Below, one piece after another: positions 38,505-48,958 of a stretch of DNA of 57,132 nt. A program made the position numbers and the translations under genes. The stretch lies in contig JBFWRP010000029.1 in assembly GCA_050248855.1 (NCBI GenBank), positions 1 to 57,132 of the forward strand, given 5' to 3'. The notes beneath the pieces are model-generated. The model had not been told where the DNA came from, made no database searches, and saw nothing but the letters and a program-made list of their open reading frames with translations. Source of the DNA: Planctomycetota bacterium. Its GTDB lineage: Bacteria; Planctomycetota; PLA2; JAEUHO01. How positions within the stretch are numbered: position 1 is the first letter of the stretch; every line of letters starts with the position of its first letter.

Positions 38505-39311
38505 GTGAGCGAGCCGCCGACCGACCCGCACCGCGAGCCGGATGCACGTCCGCGCATCCGCCCCGCGCACGACCACGATGCACCTCCGCCCGAGCGGCCG
38601 ATGAGCGGCTGGGCCGTGCTCGCCCTCGTCACCGCGCTGATCAGCGTGGCCGCCAGCCTGCTCACGCTCTACTGGTGGCTGCCGTTGATCCCGCTGACGA
38701 TCGGCGTGCTCGTTCTCGTCAAGGTCTCGCCTCGCGAGCACCGCGGGCGTGTCCTGGCCACGATCGGCTTGGTGATCGCGCTGTTCGCGGGCTCGTGCTC
38801 GTTCATGCTGCAGCGTGGCGTGCGCACGATGGTCGCCAGCTCGGTGGGCGGCATCCTCGGGGCCCTGTCCTCCACGGGCAGCACGGAGACGCAAGAGCAA
38901 GCCATCGCCCGCTGGGCGTCCAAAGCCGCCATGGAGGAGGGCCTCGTCGAGCGCGTTCGCACCCGCTATGCCGCGGTCGTCGAGCGCTTCGGTGCCTACC
39001 AAGGACCCGCCCACGCCGGCACGTGGTACGGAGGCGTTGCCGAGCTCGGCATGCCCCCGTCCGAGGGGCTCGCCGAGGTCCCCCCCAACCCCGAGGGCAA
39101 GATGCCTTCCCTGGGACACACGATGTGGGCGCGCGTGCGCTTTGGCGATCGCGAGGTCCACGTGGCCATCGAGATCCTCGGCGGCCCCGGCGGCGAGAGC
39201 GCCATGGACGTCGCGCGCACGGCGCGACCCGATGGCAGCGTGCCCTGGGTCAGCGACATGCGGTTCTTCGTGGCACCGGACGGTAACGCGGCCCCCGCAG
39301 GGGGTGGGTAG
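38505..39311 (+). CDS. Membrane protein (DUF4190-like N-terminus)
   Basis: SGWAVLALV...RGRVLATIGLV hydrophobic hairpin. Confidence 0.6.
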   Translation: MSEPPTDPHREPDARPRIRPAHDHDAPPPERPMSGWAVLALVTALISVAASLLTLYWWLPLIPLTIGVLVLVKVSPREHRGRVLATIGLVIALFAGSCSFMLQRGVRTMVASSVGGILGALSSTGSTETQEQAIARWASKAAMEEGLVERVRTRYAAVVERFGAYQGPAHAGTWYGGVAELGMPPSEGLAEVPPNPEGKMPSLGHTMWARVRFGDREVHVAIEILGGPGGESAMDVARTARPDGSVPWVSDMRFFVAPDGNAAPAGGG

Positions 39312-39348
39312 GGGGGCAGCGCGCAGCGGAACGGCGTACCATGCCGCC

Positions 39349-40935
39349 ATGCGCCAAACCGCCCTCGTCACCGCGCTCCTGATCGTCGTCGCCTGGGTGC
39401 CGCTCCGCGCTGCGGCCGAGTTCGAGCCGGCGGAGTGGAAGGACATCCAGGCCGAGTTCGCCGAGCTTTTCGCGCGCCCTGGCTTCCCCCAGGAGAAGTC
39501 GCAGCTGCTCAAGCGCCTCGTGGAGGAGGGCAGCAGCAAGAGCCTCAAGCTGGTGGGGGACGCGCTCGTCAAGGAGTGCGAGCTGCTCTGGGAGGTGCGC
39601 AGCGCCTGGCAGGTCGCCACGATGGACAACCTGAAGGCGCTCGAGACGGCCATCGACGGCTACTCCAACGAGGAAGCCAAGGCGATCCGGGATGCGCCCA
39701 AGGCCCTGGCCGAGGCCGAGGAAGCCCTCAAGCTGGAGCAACGCGCGCTCGCCGAGGCCCTTGACGCCGTCAAGGCCGCGCCGGCCGTGTTGCGCGACAC
39801 GCTCTTCAAGCGCGCCAAGACGTCCAAGGACTGGATGTATCGCGCGGCGGCCGCGCGCCTGGCCGTGATGCGCCTGCCCGAGGCGGAGAGCGTCGACTAC
39901 CTGCGGCGCATGATGAACACCGAGAAGGACGGTCGCGTGCGCAGCGCGGTGCTCGACATGATGGGGGACCTGGGGGAGGGCTGGGAAACCTGGACGATCG
40001 ACCGCATCGCCGACCCGGACTGGGCAATCCAGCTGCAGGCCGTCCAGCTGGTCCAGTACCGCGCGTACAAGCCCGCGGTGCCGCACCTCATCAACGCCCT
40101 CGGCCGCGCCAGCCCGCGCCTCGCGCAGGCCATCGGCGCCGCGCTGAAGGACCTGACCGGCGAGAACTTCGATCCCTACCCCGACATCTGGGCGAAGTGG
40201 TGGGACGAGCACCGCGACGAGTTCGAAGCCGGGGTCGAGGTCAAGGGCAAGCACGTCGAGAAGTTCGAGCCGACGCACTTCTACGGCCTGCCGATCCACT
40301 CGGATCGCATCATCTTCGTCATCGACATCAGCAACTCGATGAAGCTGAAGACGGAGAACGGCAACCCGGCCGAGAAGTGGAAGGCACCGCCGCCCACGAC
40401 GGGGGGCGAGGCCCCGCCGCCGCCGCCGCCCCCGGAGGAGATCCTCAGCGGGCCCAAGATCGACGTGGCCAAGCACGAGCTGAAGAAGGCCATCGAGAAG
40501 CTGCCTGCCGCGCACACGTTCACGATCATCGCGTTCAACGGCGGCGCCACGGCGTGGAAGGAGGAGCTCGTCCCGGCCACCGACAAGAACAAGCAGGACG
40601 CCTTCACCTGGGTCCGCGCCCTCAAACCGTACTCCTCGACCTACATCGAGGGTGCCTTGCGTCGTGCGTTCCAGATCGCCGGCGTCCTCGACGTGGATGA
40701 CAAGTACGTCACCCAGCGCGCCGACACGATCGTGCTCATGTCCGACGGCGCACCGACGGACAGCGACCCGCGCAAGCCGAAGAACGCCGACCCGGAAGCC
40801 CTCCTGGCGCTCGTCCGCGAGTGGAACAAGAACCAGAAGGTGATCATCCACACCATCGGCGTGGACATGCTCGAGTACATCGACTTCCTGAAGAAGCTGG
40901 CCGAGCAGAACGGCGGGACCTACCTCGATCGCTGA
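39349..40935 (+). CDS. Exported HEAT-repeat + VWA domain protein
   Basis: Signal peptide, HEAT-like helices, FVIDISNSM (MIDAS DxSxS), MSDGAPT, IIHTIG. Confidence 0.88.
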   Translation: MRQTALVTALLIVVAWVPLRAAAEFEPAEWKDIQAEFAELFARPGFPQEKSQLLKRLVEEGSSKSLKLVGDALVKECELLWEVRSAWQVATMDNLKALETAIDGYSNEEAKAIRDAPKALAEAEEALKLEQRALAEALDAVKAAPAVLRDTLFKRAKTSKDWMYRAAAARLAVMRLPEAESVDYLRRMMNTEKDGRVRSAVLDMMGDLGEGWETWTIDRIADPDWAIQLQAVQLVQYRAYKPAVPHLINALGRASPRLAQAIGAALKDLTGENFDPYPDIWAKWWDEHRDEFEAGVEVKGKHVEKFEPTHFYGLPIHSDRIIFVIDISNSMKLKTENGNPAEKWKAPPPTTGGEAPPPPPPPEEILSGPKIDVAKHELKKAIEKLPAAHTFTIIAFNGGATAWKEELVPATDKNKQDAFTWVRALKPYSSTYIEGALRRAFQIAGVLDVDDKYVTQRADTIVLMSDGAPTDSDPRKPKNADPEALLALVREWNKNQKVIIHTIGVDMLEYIDFLKKLAEQNGGTYLDR

Positions 40936-41038
40936 GCCAGGCATCGCACGACTCGGCGGCCCGTGGTGGACCGCCCTGCGGGCAGGTGGCGTTCCACTGC
41001 GCTTCGGGCCGGGCTTCGTCCTGGCGCCGGCGGCCCTC

Positions 41039-41626
41039 GTGCTCGGGATGGGACCCGCGGAGGGCCTGCTGATCTGGGCCATCGTGTTCGCGTCCGTCGT
41101 CGTCCACGAGGCGGGGCATGCGCTGGCCGCCCGCTGGCGCGACTTGCCGGTGCTTGGGGTCTACTTCTCGTGGATCCCCTTCGTCGGCATCGGCCCGGGA
41201 CCCCATCGCGCACGCGCGGTGGCGGCGCTCGCGGGACCGGCGGCGAGCTTGCTGGCCGCGGGCGTCCTGGCCTTCTGGCCCGCGGCCCGGGAGCAGCTGG
41301 TGCCCGGCGCGCAGCACCTGTGGCTCGGCAAGCCTGCCGGTCTGGCGTTGGGCTTCAACCTGCTCGCCGCGGGTGTGAACCTGCTGCCCTTCCGGCCGTT
41401 GGACGGCGGCCTCGCCCTCCACGCCGCGCTCGCCTCGTGGCGCGGGGACGCGCCCGCGGCGCGCACGATGCGCATCCTCGGTGCGGTCGGGGCGCTGGCG
41501 GCCGGCGCGCTCGCCGTGGCCGTGGGCGGCGAGCTGGGCCTCACCATCGGCCTGCTCGCCGCCGTGCTTGCGCTCGCGGCGTTCGGCACCCGTGTGCCCA
41601 ACGCAGAGGCCGCCGCTAGCGGCTGA
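41039..41626 (+). CDS. Site-2 protease (peptidase M50)
   Basis: HEAGH, AGP, NLLPFRPLDGG. The true start is probably further upstream. Confidence 0.88.
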   Translation: MLGMGPAEGLLIWAIVFASVVVHEAGHALAARWRDLPVLGVYFSWIPFVGIGPGPHRARAVAALAGPAASLLAAGVLAFWPAAREQLVPGAQHLWLGKPAGLALGFNLLAAGVNLLPFRPLDGGLALHAALASWRGDAPAARTMRILGAVGALAAGALAVAVGGELGLTIGLLAAVLALAAFGTRVPNAEAAASG

Positions 41627-43688
41627 CGGCGGCTCCGGCGCCGACGTTGCCCAGCGCGTCCGTGGCCTGCACCACGACGTCGTGGGCGCCGGCCTTGGCG
41701 TCGGGCAAGCGGGCCTGCGCCGTCTCTTCGGGTTCGTCGAAGAGCCCGTCTTCCGCGGCGAGCACGCGCCAGGGCTGGCCGTCCAGCGAGTAGCGCAGTC
41801 GCACGATGCGCCCGTCGGCGGCGTCCGTGGCGGTGGCACGTACCACGAGCGTGCCTTCGCCGTCACGCTCCAGGCGCACGTCGACGCGAGGCGCCGTGTT
41901 GTCGACCCGATGCGCGAGCACGATCGCGTCCACGGAGCGCGTGCGGGACGCGTCGTTGCCTCCCGCATCGCTGACCGTGAGCTTGACGTCGTAGAGCCCG
42001 TCCGGCCAGCCACTCGTGTCCCAGCTCCAAGCGGGCTTGGGCAGCTCCTCGTCGTCCACGAGGACGTGCCACCGCGTGACGCCGGTCCGACGGATCTCGA
42101 TGCGCGTGATCAAGTCGTCGCCGTCGGCGTCCTCGACCTTCCACGAGAGCTCGCGCTTGGGGCTGGCCTCGCTCGGTGGGCCGCCCTCCTTGGGAGCCCC
42201 CGGCACGTTGACCTCGAACGCGGACAGGACAGGCGGCCGGTTGGGTCCCTGCCGGACCCAGGTGATGGCGCGCACCTCGCCCTCGGTCGCGTCCAAGGTG
42301 ACGCGGACCTGGGCGAAGCGTGCGTCGAGCGCCGTGTCCGCCACGCCCGGCGCGCCGCCCGTGACCTTGCGCCACGCGCTCCACGAGGCGTCCGGCTCGT
42401 CGACGGGTCCGCCGCGCACCTCGAGCCCCCGCACGCCCTGACCCTCGACGCGCAAGCGACCCCACCGTGCGACGGCCGACGCGTCGAGCACGTCGCTCGT
42501 CCAGGTCGGCGGCTCCGGGAGCTTGGCGAGGCGGCGGTGCAGGACCACGGGGTTGCTGGTGACCACGGCGGTCAGACGACCCTCGCCGTTGCTGACGACC
42601 ACGCTGGCCTCGGCCTCGGGCAGGTCTCCCAGGACGCCGGGGGCGTGGCCCGGCTCGACGCGCACGAGGCGCGCCCCGGGCCCCGTGCCGGCGACGGCGC
42701 CACCGCCGTCGGCAGTCAGGCCGAGGACGGCGACCTTCTTCTCCTGCCAGAGGACGGTCAGGACGCCGCTCGGCTCGAGGTGCAGGACGTGGCCGTCCTG
42801 CAGGCCGGGGCGCGGCGCGGGCTTGCCACCGGGGGGCGTCGCCGGCGGACCCTCCATCTGCTTCACCAGGTTGCCGATGGCCTGCGCGTTGCCGCCCGCC
42901 TCGTCGGCGTTGGCGGCCACGAGCAAGGAACCGTCCGTGCGTCGCACGATCCCGACGATCTCCTGCTGCTCGAAGTCATGGAGGACGGCTACGGCGCCGT
43001 CGGGTGCCACGCGTGCGACCAGTCCCTTGGGCGCGGTGCCCACGAGCCACGCGGCGCCGTCGGGGGCGAGGCAGCGGACGTGGTCGTCGTCGAGCGCGGC
43101 CCGGCGCGCCACGGTGCCGAGCCCGTCCACGGCGTAGAGCGCGGCCGGGCCGCCCGTGGCGGCCACGACGCCCCCCTGGCCATCCCCGGCCAGCGCCCAC
43201 ACGTGTTCGACCGGCAGCGCCGCCAGCGGGGTCACGCTGACGTCGTCCCCGCGCACGTCCACCCGCATCACGCGGGCGCCGGGGAAGACGGCCGCGACCA
43301 CGCCGCCGTCGCTCGCGGCCGCCACCGCCGTCACGAGCAGGCCGGGCCCGAGGTCGATGGTCTTGACGTCCTTGCCCTCCACGCGCTTGAGCTGCGCGTC
43401 GTTGCCCGTGGCGATCCACGTGACATCGCCCTGCTGCAGGGCGGCCCAGGCCGTTGCGGCGCCCACGTCGATCGATTCGAAGGCGGGGCCCGGCCGGATG
43501 ACGCCGTCGTCATCCACGAGCGCGCGCTCGAAGGTCCCCTCGCCGAGCGCGGCCGCGCCGGCCACGCGCACCTCTTCGGTGCCTCCGGCCGACGCGCCGT
43601 GCGGCGCAGCGGCCATCGTGGCGACCAGGAACAGCAGGCCGAGTCGGAGGGAGCGACGGGCTCCCCACCCATGCGTGGTTGCGTGCAT
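41616..43688 (-). CDS. Exported beta-propeller + Ig/FN3-like protein
   Basis: Signal peptide, repeated 'WAL...G...ATG' blades, WDTSGWPDGLY, VDNTAP. Confidence 0.75.
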   Translation of the reverse strand: MHATTHGWGARRSLRLGLLFLVATMAAAPHGASAGGTEEVRVAGAAALGEGTFERALVDDDGVIRPGPAFESIDVGAATAWAALQQGDVTWIATGNDAQLKRVEGKDVKTIDLGPGLLVTAVAAASDGGVVAAVFPGARVMRVDVRGDDVSVTPLAALPVEHVWALAGDGQGGVVAATGGPAALYAVDGLGTVARRAALDDDHVRCLAPDGAAWLVGTAPKGLVARVAPDGAVAVLHDFEQQEIVGIVRRTDGSLLVAANADEAGGNAQAIGNLVKQMEGPPATPPGGKPAPRPGLQDGHVLHLEPSGVLTVLWQEKKVAVLGLTADGGGAVAGTGPGARLVRVEPGHAPGVLGDLPEAEASVVVSNGEGRLTAVVTSNPVVLHRRLAKLPEPPTWTSDVLDASAVARWGRLRVEGQGVRGLEVRGGPVDEPDASWSAWRKVTGGAPGVADTALDARFAQVRVTLDATEGEVRAITWVRQGPNRPPVLSAFEVNVPGAPKEGGPPSEASPKRELSWKVEDADGDDLITRIEIRRTGVTRWHVLVDDEELPKPAWSWDTSGWPDGLYDVKLTVSDAGGNDASRTRSVDAIVLAHRVDNTAPRVDVRLERDGEGTLVVRATATDAADGRIVRLRYSLDGQPWRVLAAEDGLFDEPEETAQARLPDAKAGAHDVVVQATDALGNVGAGAAVSR

Positions 43689-43697
43689 CGATGTCCT

Positions 43698-45467
43698 CTA
43701 GCGAACGACGCGAAGCGTGACGCGCTCGCCGCCCGCGATCAGGTAGCCCACCTCGCGCTTGACGAGGGAGAACGTGTCCCGGACCCCCAACAAGGGCGCG
43801 TCCGGCGAGCGGACGAGGCGGGGGAGGGACGACAGCGGCAAGCGCCGCAGCATGTGCCCGTCGAGGTCCACGTCGACCTGGGCGCGCGGAAGCACGGCGC
43901 ACAGCTCGGTCGTCTTGTGGAACGTCTCGTAGAGCCCCGGCAAGTCGCGGATGTCGCGGGGTGCCGGCGCGTCGGTTGGCGCGTTGTCGCCGCCGATCAC
44001 GTTCACGACGTAGTTCCCCTCCGGCGCATCGTCGGGCACCACGATCTCCAAGCGCTCCGTACGCAAGGGACCGAGCTCCTGGGGTTCCAGCACCACGCTC
44101 AGCTGCACGGTCTCGCCCGGACGAACCTCGTCGCGGGAGGCCACGACGGAGCGGATCCAGGCCCGACGATCCGTGTGCTCGACGTCGATCTCCACGTCGA
44201 AGCGCTCGAACTCCGGGCGCTGGCGCGCGTGGGTGAGCGGACGATCCACCAAGTGCATGAGCATGCGCTGGTAGCCGCCGTCGAAGCCGCCCACGCTGTC
44301 CTCGTACGTCCAGGCGTCCAGGCCCTTGAGCTTGACGGTCATGCGGACCCGCTTGGTGTTCGGGCCGATGCCGCCCTCGGCCTTCGTGAAGGCCTCGCGC
44401 AGCGCCGATTGCAGCATGGGCTGGAAGAAGATCGTGTTGGGCGTGACCTCGAAGTCGAACGCCTCCTCACGCTTCGTGACGCGGTTGCGGAACACGACGT
44501 GCACCGGGACCATCGGCGCCTTGCGCGTGCGGTCCACGACGATGCAGCTGGGGCGGTCTTGGACGAGGGCCCCGATCTCCCGCAGCGGCCCGCCCAGCTT
44601 GAAGCTGATCTCGCGCGACGCGACGACCATGTAGACGTAGCCGACGCTGGAGGGGAACAGCGTCTCGCCGAGCGTCTCGAAGGAGTGGCCGAACGCGTAG
44701 ACCTTGTCGCCGTCCACGGCCGTGATGGTGCCCATGGCCGACGCACTGAAGTCGCCCCGCAAGATGTCCACGGTGATCGCGGCGCCGGGAACCACGGGCG
44801 CCTCGAGCGCACCGGCGGGGGCGCCGCCGCCCGGGGCGGCCACCACGTGGAAGCCCAGCGCGCGCATCTCGCTGGCGACCAGCGCGCGCCCGGCGTCGGA
44901 GAAGCCGCCGAGCGCGAGCGGCGTGCCGATGGGGCGAAACGGTGCGCCCGCGCGGTCGGACTCGGGTGCGTGCAGTGGCGTCGGCGGTAGGGCGCCCGAG
45001 GGGCGACCCTCTTCCACGCGCTGGCCCTCGGCCAGCATGTCGTGGATGGGGGTGACGCCCCCGACCGCGTGCTTGGCCCAGGCAAACGTGTAGGAGAGGG
45101 CTCCGGCCAGGCGGCCCTCGAACCAGATGGGCGAGCCGGACATGCCCTGGGCGATCTGGTGGTCGGCGAACTCCTCGCCCAGGCAGCGGACCAGGATGAG
45201 GTCCTGCTTGGTCAGCCAGTTGCGCGCGATGTCGATGACCTCGACCTCGAAGGGTTCGAGCGTGGTCCCGCGGCGCACGGTGAGCCCATGGCCGCGCATG
45301 CCGGGCTTGATCGCCTCCAGCGGGAGGTACGCGGCGTCGTCGGAGGTCGCGGCGGGCGCTGCTTCGCCGCCGGGCGCGTCCTCGGCGTGGGCCGCGGGCG
45401 TCGTGGCGCCGGGCGCGAGGAGACCGAGGAGCAGAAGGGGAACGAGGAGGGCAACCGGGCGCGGCAT
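43698..45467 (-). CDS. SpoIVB-like peptidase S55 domain protein
   Basis: IKPGMRG.G.TV, IAQGMSGSP, GALSY, AFGH. Confidence 0.88.
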   Translation of the reverse strand: MPRPVALLVPLLLLGLLAPGATTPAAHAEDAPGGEAAPAATSDDAAYLPLEAIKPGMRGHGLTVRRGTTLEPFEVEVIDIARNWLTKQDLILVRCLGEEFADHQIAQGMSGSPIWFEGRLAGALSYTFAWAKHAVGGVTPIHDMLAEGQRVEEGRPSGALPPTPLHAPESDRAGAPFRPIGTPLALGGFSDAGRALVASEMRALGFHVVAAPGGGAPAGALEAPVVPGAAITVDILRGDFSASAMGTITAVDGDKVYAFGHSFETLGETLFPSSVGYVYMVVASREISFKLGGPLREIGALVQDRPSCIVVDRTRKAPMVPVHVVFRNRVTKREEAFDFEVTPNTIFFQPMLQSALREAFTKAEGGIGPNTKRVRMTVKLKGLDAWTYEDSVGGFDGGYQRMLMHLVDRPLTHARQRPEFERFDVEIDVEHTDRRAWIRSVVASRDEVRPGETVQLSVVLEPQELGPLRTERLEIVVPDDAPEGNYVVNVIGGDNAPTDAPAPRDIRDLPGLYETFHKTTELCAVLPRAQVDVDLDGHMLRRLPLSSLPRLVRSPDAPLLGVRDTFSLVKREVGYLIAGGERVTLRVVR

Positions 45468-45591
45468 GGGCGGAGTCTACGCCCAGATCGCACGGGCGAC
45501 CGCTTCCCCGGTTCGCCTGTCAAGCGGGCATCAAGCCCCGCCTCGGCGACCATCGCTTGGGCCCCTTGCCGGGGCTGCCGACCATGCGGGG

Positions 45592-46437
45592 ATGCACACG
45601 GATCGCTTCCAGGGAACATCCACCTACGTCGCCACCGAGGACCTCCTCGTGGCAGTCAATGCCGCGATCACGCTGGGTCGGCCCCTGCTGGTGAAGGGGG
45701 AGCCGGGCACCGGCAAGACGGTGCTGGCGCAGGAGGTGGCCCGCTCGCTCGGACGCCCACTGGTCGAGTGGCACGTCAAGAGCACCACGAAGGCCCAGCA
45801 TGGACTCTACGAGTATGACGCGGTGGCGCGCCTCCGGGACTCGCAGCTGGGGTCGGACCGCGTGCACGACATCCGCAACTACATCGTGCGCGGGCGGCTG
45901 TGGGAGGCGTTCGAGAGCCAGCCCCCGGCCATCCTGTTGATCGACGAGATCGACAAGGCCGACCTCGAGTTCCCGAACGACCTGTTGCTCGAGCTGGACC
46001 GGATGGAGTTCCACGTCCACGAGACCCGCGAGACGGTCAAGGCGCGGCATCGTCCGGGCGTGATCATCACCAGCAACGACGAGAAGGAGCTGCCCGACGC
46101 CTTCCTCCGGCGCTGCTTCTTCCACTACATCCGGTTTCCCGACCGGGCCACGCTCGAGCGCATCGTCGAGGCGCACTTGCCGGAGCTGAAGGCCAAGCTC
46201 GTGGAGCAGGCCTTGGACGTCTTCCAGGCCCTTCGCGACGTCCCGGGCCTCAAGAAGAAGCCCAGCACGAGCGAGCTGCTCGACTGGCTCCGGCTGCTTG
46301 CCGCCGAAGGCGTGGCGCCGGACCGCCTGGCCGGCGAGGCCCGCAAGGACCTACCCCCCCTGGTGGGGGCCTTGCTCAAGAACGAGCAGGACACCTTCCT
46401 GGCGCACCAGGCGCTGCGCCGCGGGCGCACGCGGTAG
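45592..46437 (+). CDS. MoxR-family AAA+ ATPase
   Basis: GEPGTGKT, LIDEIDKAD, ELPDAFLRRC. Confidence 0.94.
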   Translation: MHTDRFQGTSTYVATEDLLVAVNAAITLGRPLLVKGEPGTGKTVLAQEVARSLGRPLVEWHVKSTTKAQHGLYEYDAVARLRDSQLGSDRVHDIRNYIVRGRLWEAFESQPPAILLIDEIDKADLEFPNDLLLELDRMEFHVHETRETVKARHRPGVIITSNDEKELPDAFLRRCFFHYIRFPDRATLERIVEAHLPELKAKLVEQALDVFQALRDVPGLKKKPSTSELLDWLRLLAAEGVAPDRLAGEARKDLPPLVGALLKNEQDTFLAHQALRRGRTR

Positions 46438-46441
46438 CGGC

Positions 46442-47614
46442 GTGTTCCTGGACTTCTTCCAGGGGCTGCGCGCCGCCGGGGTGCCCGTGACGATCACGGA
46501 GCACCTCGCCTGGCTGCAGGCGCTCGAGGCCGGCCTCGCCGGCCTGGACCCCGAGCGCTTCTACTACCTGGCGCGGGCGGCGCTCGTGAAGGACGAGCGC
46601 TTCATCGACCGCTTCGACCGCGTCTTCGGGCACGTGTTCCGTGGGCTCGAGGCGCCCGGCGACCTGACGGCGGACATCCCCGAGAGCTGGCTCCGGCGGC
46701 TGGCCGAGCGCCTGCTCGACCCCAACGAGCTCGCCCGGCTGCAGGCCTTGGGCTCGCTCGACGAGCTGCTCGAGACCCTGCGCAAACGGCTCGCGGAGCA
46801 GCAGGAGCGCCACGAGGGCGGGTCGCGCTGGATCGGGACGGGTGGCACGTCGCCGTTCGGCGCCTACGGGGCCAACCCCCTCGGCGTGCGCATGGGCCAG
46901 CATGCCTCGCGCCACCGTCGCGCCGCCAAGGTCTGGGACCAGCGCGAGTTCCGCGACTTCGCCGAAGACGTCGAGCTGGGCACGCGCCAGCTGAAGGTGG
47001 CACTCAGGGGCTTGCGCAAGCTCGCGCGGCGCGGCCACGAAGACGAGCTGGATCTCCCCACCACGATCCGGGCCACCGCGCGCAACGCCGGCTGGCTGGA
47101 TCTCCAGTGGCAGCGCTCGCGGGAGAACGTCCTGCGCGTGCTGCTCGTGCTGGACGTGGGTGGATCCATGGACGACCACGTCCGCCGTGTGGAGGAGCTG
47201 TTCAGCGCCGCGCGCAGCGAGCTCAAGCATCTGGACCACGTCTACTTCCACAACTGCCTTTACGAGCGGGTGTGGAGGGACAACCACCGTCGGCACCAGC
47301 TGGTGACCCCGACCGAGGAGCTCTTCCGCCACCACGACCGCGAGACGCGCGTGGTGTTCGTGGGCGACGCCAGCATGGGCCCCTTCGAGCTGACGCACGC
47401 CGGCGGCAGCGTGGAGCACTGGAACGAGCAGCCCGGCATCTCGTGGCTACGCCGGGCCGTCGCCGCGTGGCCGCGCACCGTGTGGATCAACCCCGTGGCC
47501 GAAGACCACTGGACGTGGACTCCCTCCATCGGCATGGTGCGCGGCGTCTTCGAGGGCCGCATGGTCCCGCTGACCTTGGCCGGCGTCGAGCGGGCGATCG
47601 ATCTGCTCACGTAG
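46442..47614 (+). CDS. VWA-domain (CoxE-like) partner of MoxR
   Basis: WIGTGGTSPFG, DVGGSM, YFHNCLY, VGDASM. Confidence 0.92.
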   Translation: MFLDFFQGLRAAGVPVTITEHLAWLQALEAGLAGLDPERFYYLARAALVKDERFIDRFDRVFGHVFRGLEAPGDLTADIPESWLRRLAERLLDPNELARLQALGSLDELLETLRKRLAEQQERHEGGSRWIGTGGTSPFGAYGANPLGVRMGQHASRHRRAAKVWDQREFRDFAEDVELGTRQLKVALRGLRKLARRGHEDELDLPTTIRATARNAGWLDLQWQRSRENVLRVLLVLDVGGSMDDHVRRVEELFSAARSELKHLDHVYFHNCLYERVWRDNHRRHQLVTPTEELFRHHDRETRVVFVGDASMGPFELTHAGGSVEHWNEQPGISWLRRAVAAWPRTVWINPVAEDHWTWTPSIGMVRGVFEGRMVPLTLAGVERAIDLLT

Positions 47615-47634
47615 GCAGACGGCAGTGTCCGCAG

Positions 47635-47660
47635 GTACGGAATCTCACCCGACTCCGTAC
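47635..47660. terminator. Hairpin between convergent genes
   Basis: GTACGGA-N12-TCCGTAC. No U-tract. Confidence 0.35.
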
Positions 47661-47666
47661 AGGGGG

Positions 47667-48881
47667 CTACTTCGCCTCGGCAGGCGCCGGCTGGTCGATG
47701 AGCGCGATCATCTCGCGAATCGCCGCCATGGCCTCCTCGTCGGCCGCGATCAGCAGCGAGCCCGTCCGCTGCTCGGGGACGATACGCGGCATGTGTGCCT
47801 TGCGACCGGCCGTGTGCCGGCTGTAGAGGTTCATGAGCATGCCTGCGGCCTCTTGCGCGCTGGCGTGCCGGAGCGTCAGGCGCACGACCGAGATCGTCTC
47901 GGCCTTGGGGGCCGCTTCGACCGGCTTCGTGGGCAGGGCGAAGTCCAGCAGGGCCGCTGCGGAGCGGACGGCATCCAGCTCGTCGGCGCTGCCGCTGACG
48001 AGCAGCTGGTTCGTGCGGGTATCCGCCGTGATGCGTAGGGAGGACGCGCTCGCGGGCTCGCCCTGGGTCTGTCGGCCCCTCGCATCCTGGTCGCTGGGCG
48101 GCATCAAGCCGAAGTGCGCGACCAGCTGCGCGGCCACGGCCGCGGCTCGTGCATGGCGCAAGGGAACGACCACGGTGTTCGAGGCGCGGACGGCCGTGGC
48201 CTCCGCCTCGGCGTCCATCTGCTGGACGATCCGCCACAGGGAGGCCACCATCGGTGCGAAGTCCGTCACGACCACGCCGGAGGCTTGGGGAACCTCCGTC
48301 ACGTTGCCGAGGTTGCCCTGGGACACCAGGCGCTGGAGGGCTGCGCGGGCGTTGCGCAGGTCCTTGACGTGTCGCAGGGGAATCCAAGTCGTCACGAAGC
48401 GTCCGACCTGCGCCTCGATGGCATCGATGTTCGCCCTCGTGATCTCCACGTACTCGGCGCGGAGCTGGAGGCTGGAGTGGCCAGCCCTGATGTCGAAGAC
48501 GTGATACGTGGTCGCCGTGCCCCCTCCCTGGCGGATCAGGGTCAGGCTGAACGGATACAGCAGCTGGCGCAGCTGGGCGACCAGGTCCTCGGGACCGCCT
48601 CGCAGCGTCAGCTCGCAGGAGATCCTCTCCGACTTGACCACCTTGTTCTCGGGGTCGTAGACCAGCGGGAGGCCCGTCACGGCCAGCACCTGCTCGAGGA
48701 GCTTGCCGAGCGTCGTCTCCTGCGTGATCGGGATCGTCCACGGCGGCGCGGTGCGCGATCCCGCCGCCGGAGCGGGCTGCACGCCGTCGTCCGCGACGGC
48801 GTTGGACAGGGGAGCGACCAGGAGCAGCGCTCCGAGCACGACGACGACAAGACGGCAGACGGACGGCGATCGGGGCGACAC
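47667..48881 (-). CDS. Secretin N-domain (GspD N-like) protein without the barrel domain
   Basis: Signal peptide, IPLRH/VPLRHA/LTLRHA repeats, ADTRTNQLLVSG, RTGSLLI. Ends at LIDQP. Confidence 0.8.
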   Translation of the reverse strand: MSPRSPSVCRLVVVVLGALLLVAPLSNAVADDGVQPAPAAGSRTAPPWTIPITQETTLGKLLEQVLAVTGLPLVYDPENKVVKSERISCELTLRGGPEDLVAQLRQLLYPFSLTLIRQGGGTATTYHVFDIRAGHSSLQLRAEYVEITRANIDAIEAQVGRFVTTWIPLRHVKDLRNARAALQRLVSQGNLGNVTEVPQASGVVVTDFAPMVASLWRIVQQMDAEAEATAVRASNTVVVPLRHARAAAVAAQLVAHFGLMPPSDQDARGRQTQGEPASASSLRITADTRTNQLLVSGSADELDAVRSAAALLDFALPTKPVEAAPKAETISVVRLTLRHASAQEAAGMLMNLYSRHTAGRKAHMPRIVPEQRTGSLLIAADEEAMAAIREMIALIDQPAPAEAK

Positions 48882-48958
48882 GACGTTCCTCCTCGGGACA
48901 GCGAGGGCTTGGACGTCGCGAGCCTACCGACCCTTCCGGGGCCGCGCGTGCAGTCGGG

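Noticed and set aside
41481..44990. 1169-aa + strand ORF and other long antisense ORFs (3267-6425, the 5' part of 207-3005, 8814-11300)
   Set aside because: Shadows of real genes on the opposite strand, expected at this GC content, with no recognisable motifs.
45592..47614. MoxR-VWA pair as a novel system
   Set aside because: A well-known, widespread chaperone pairing with canonical motifs.
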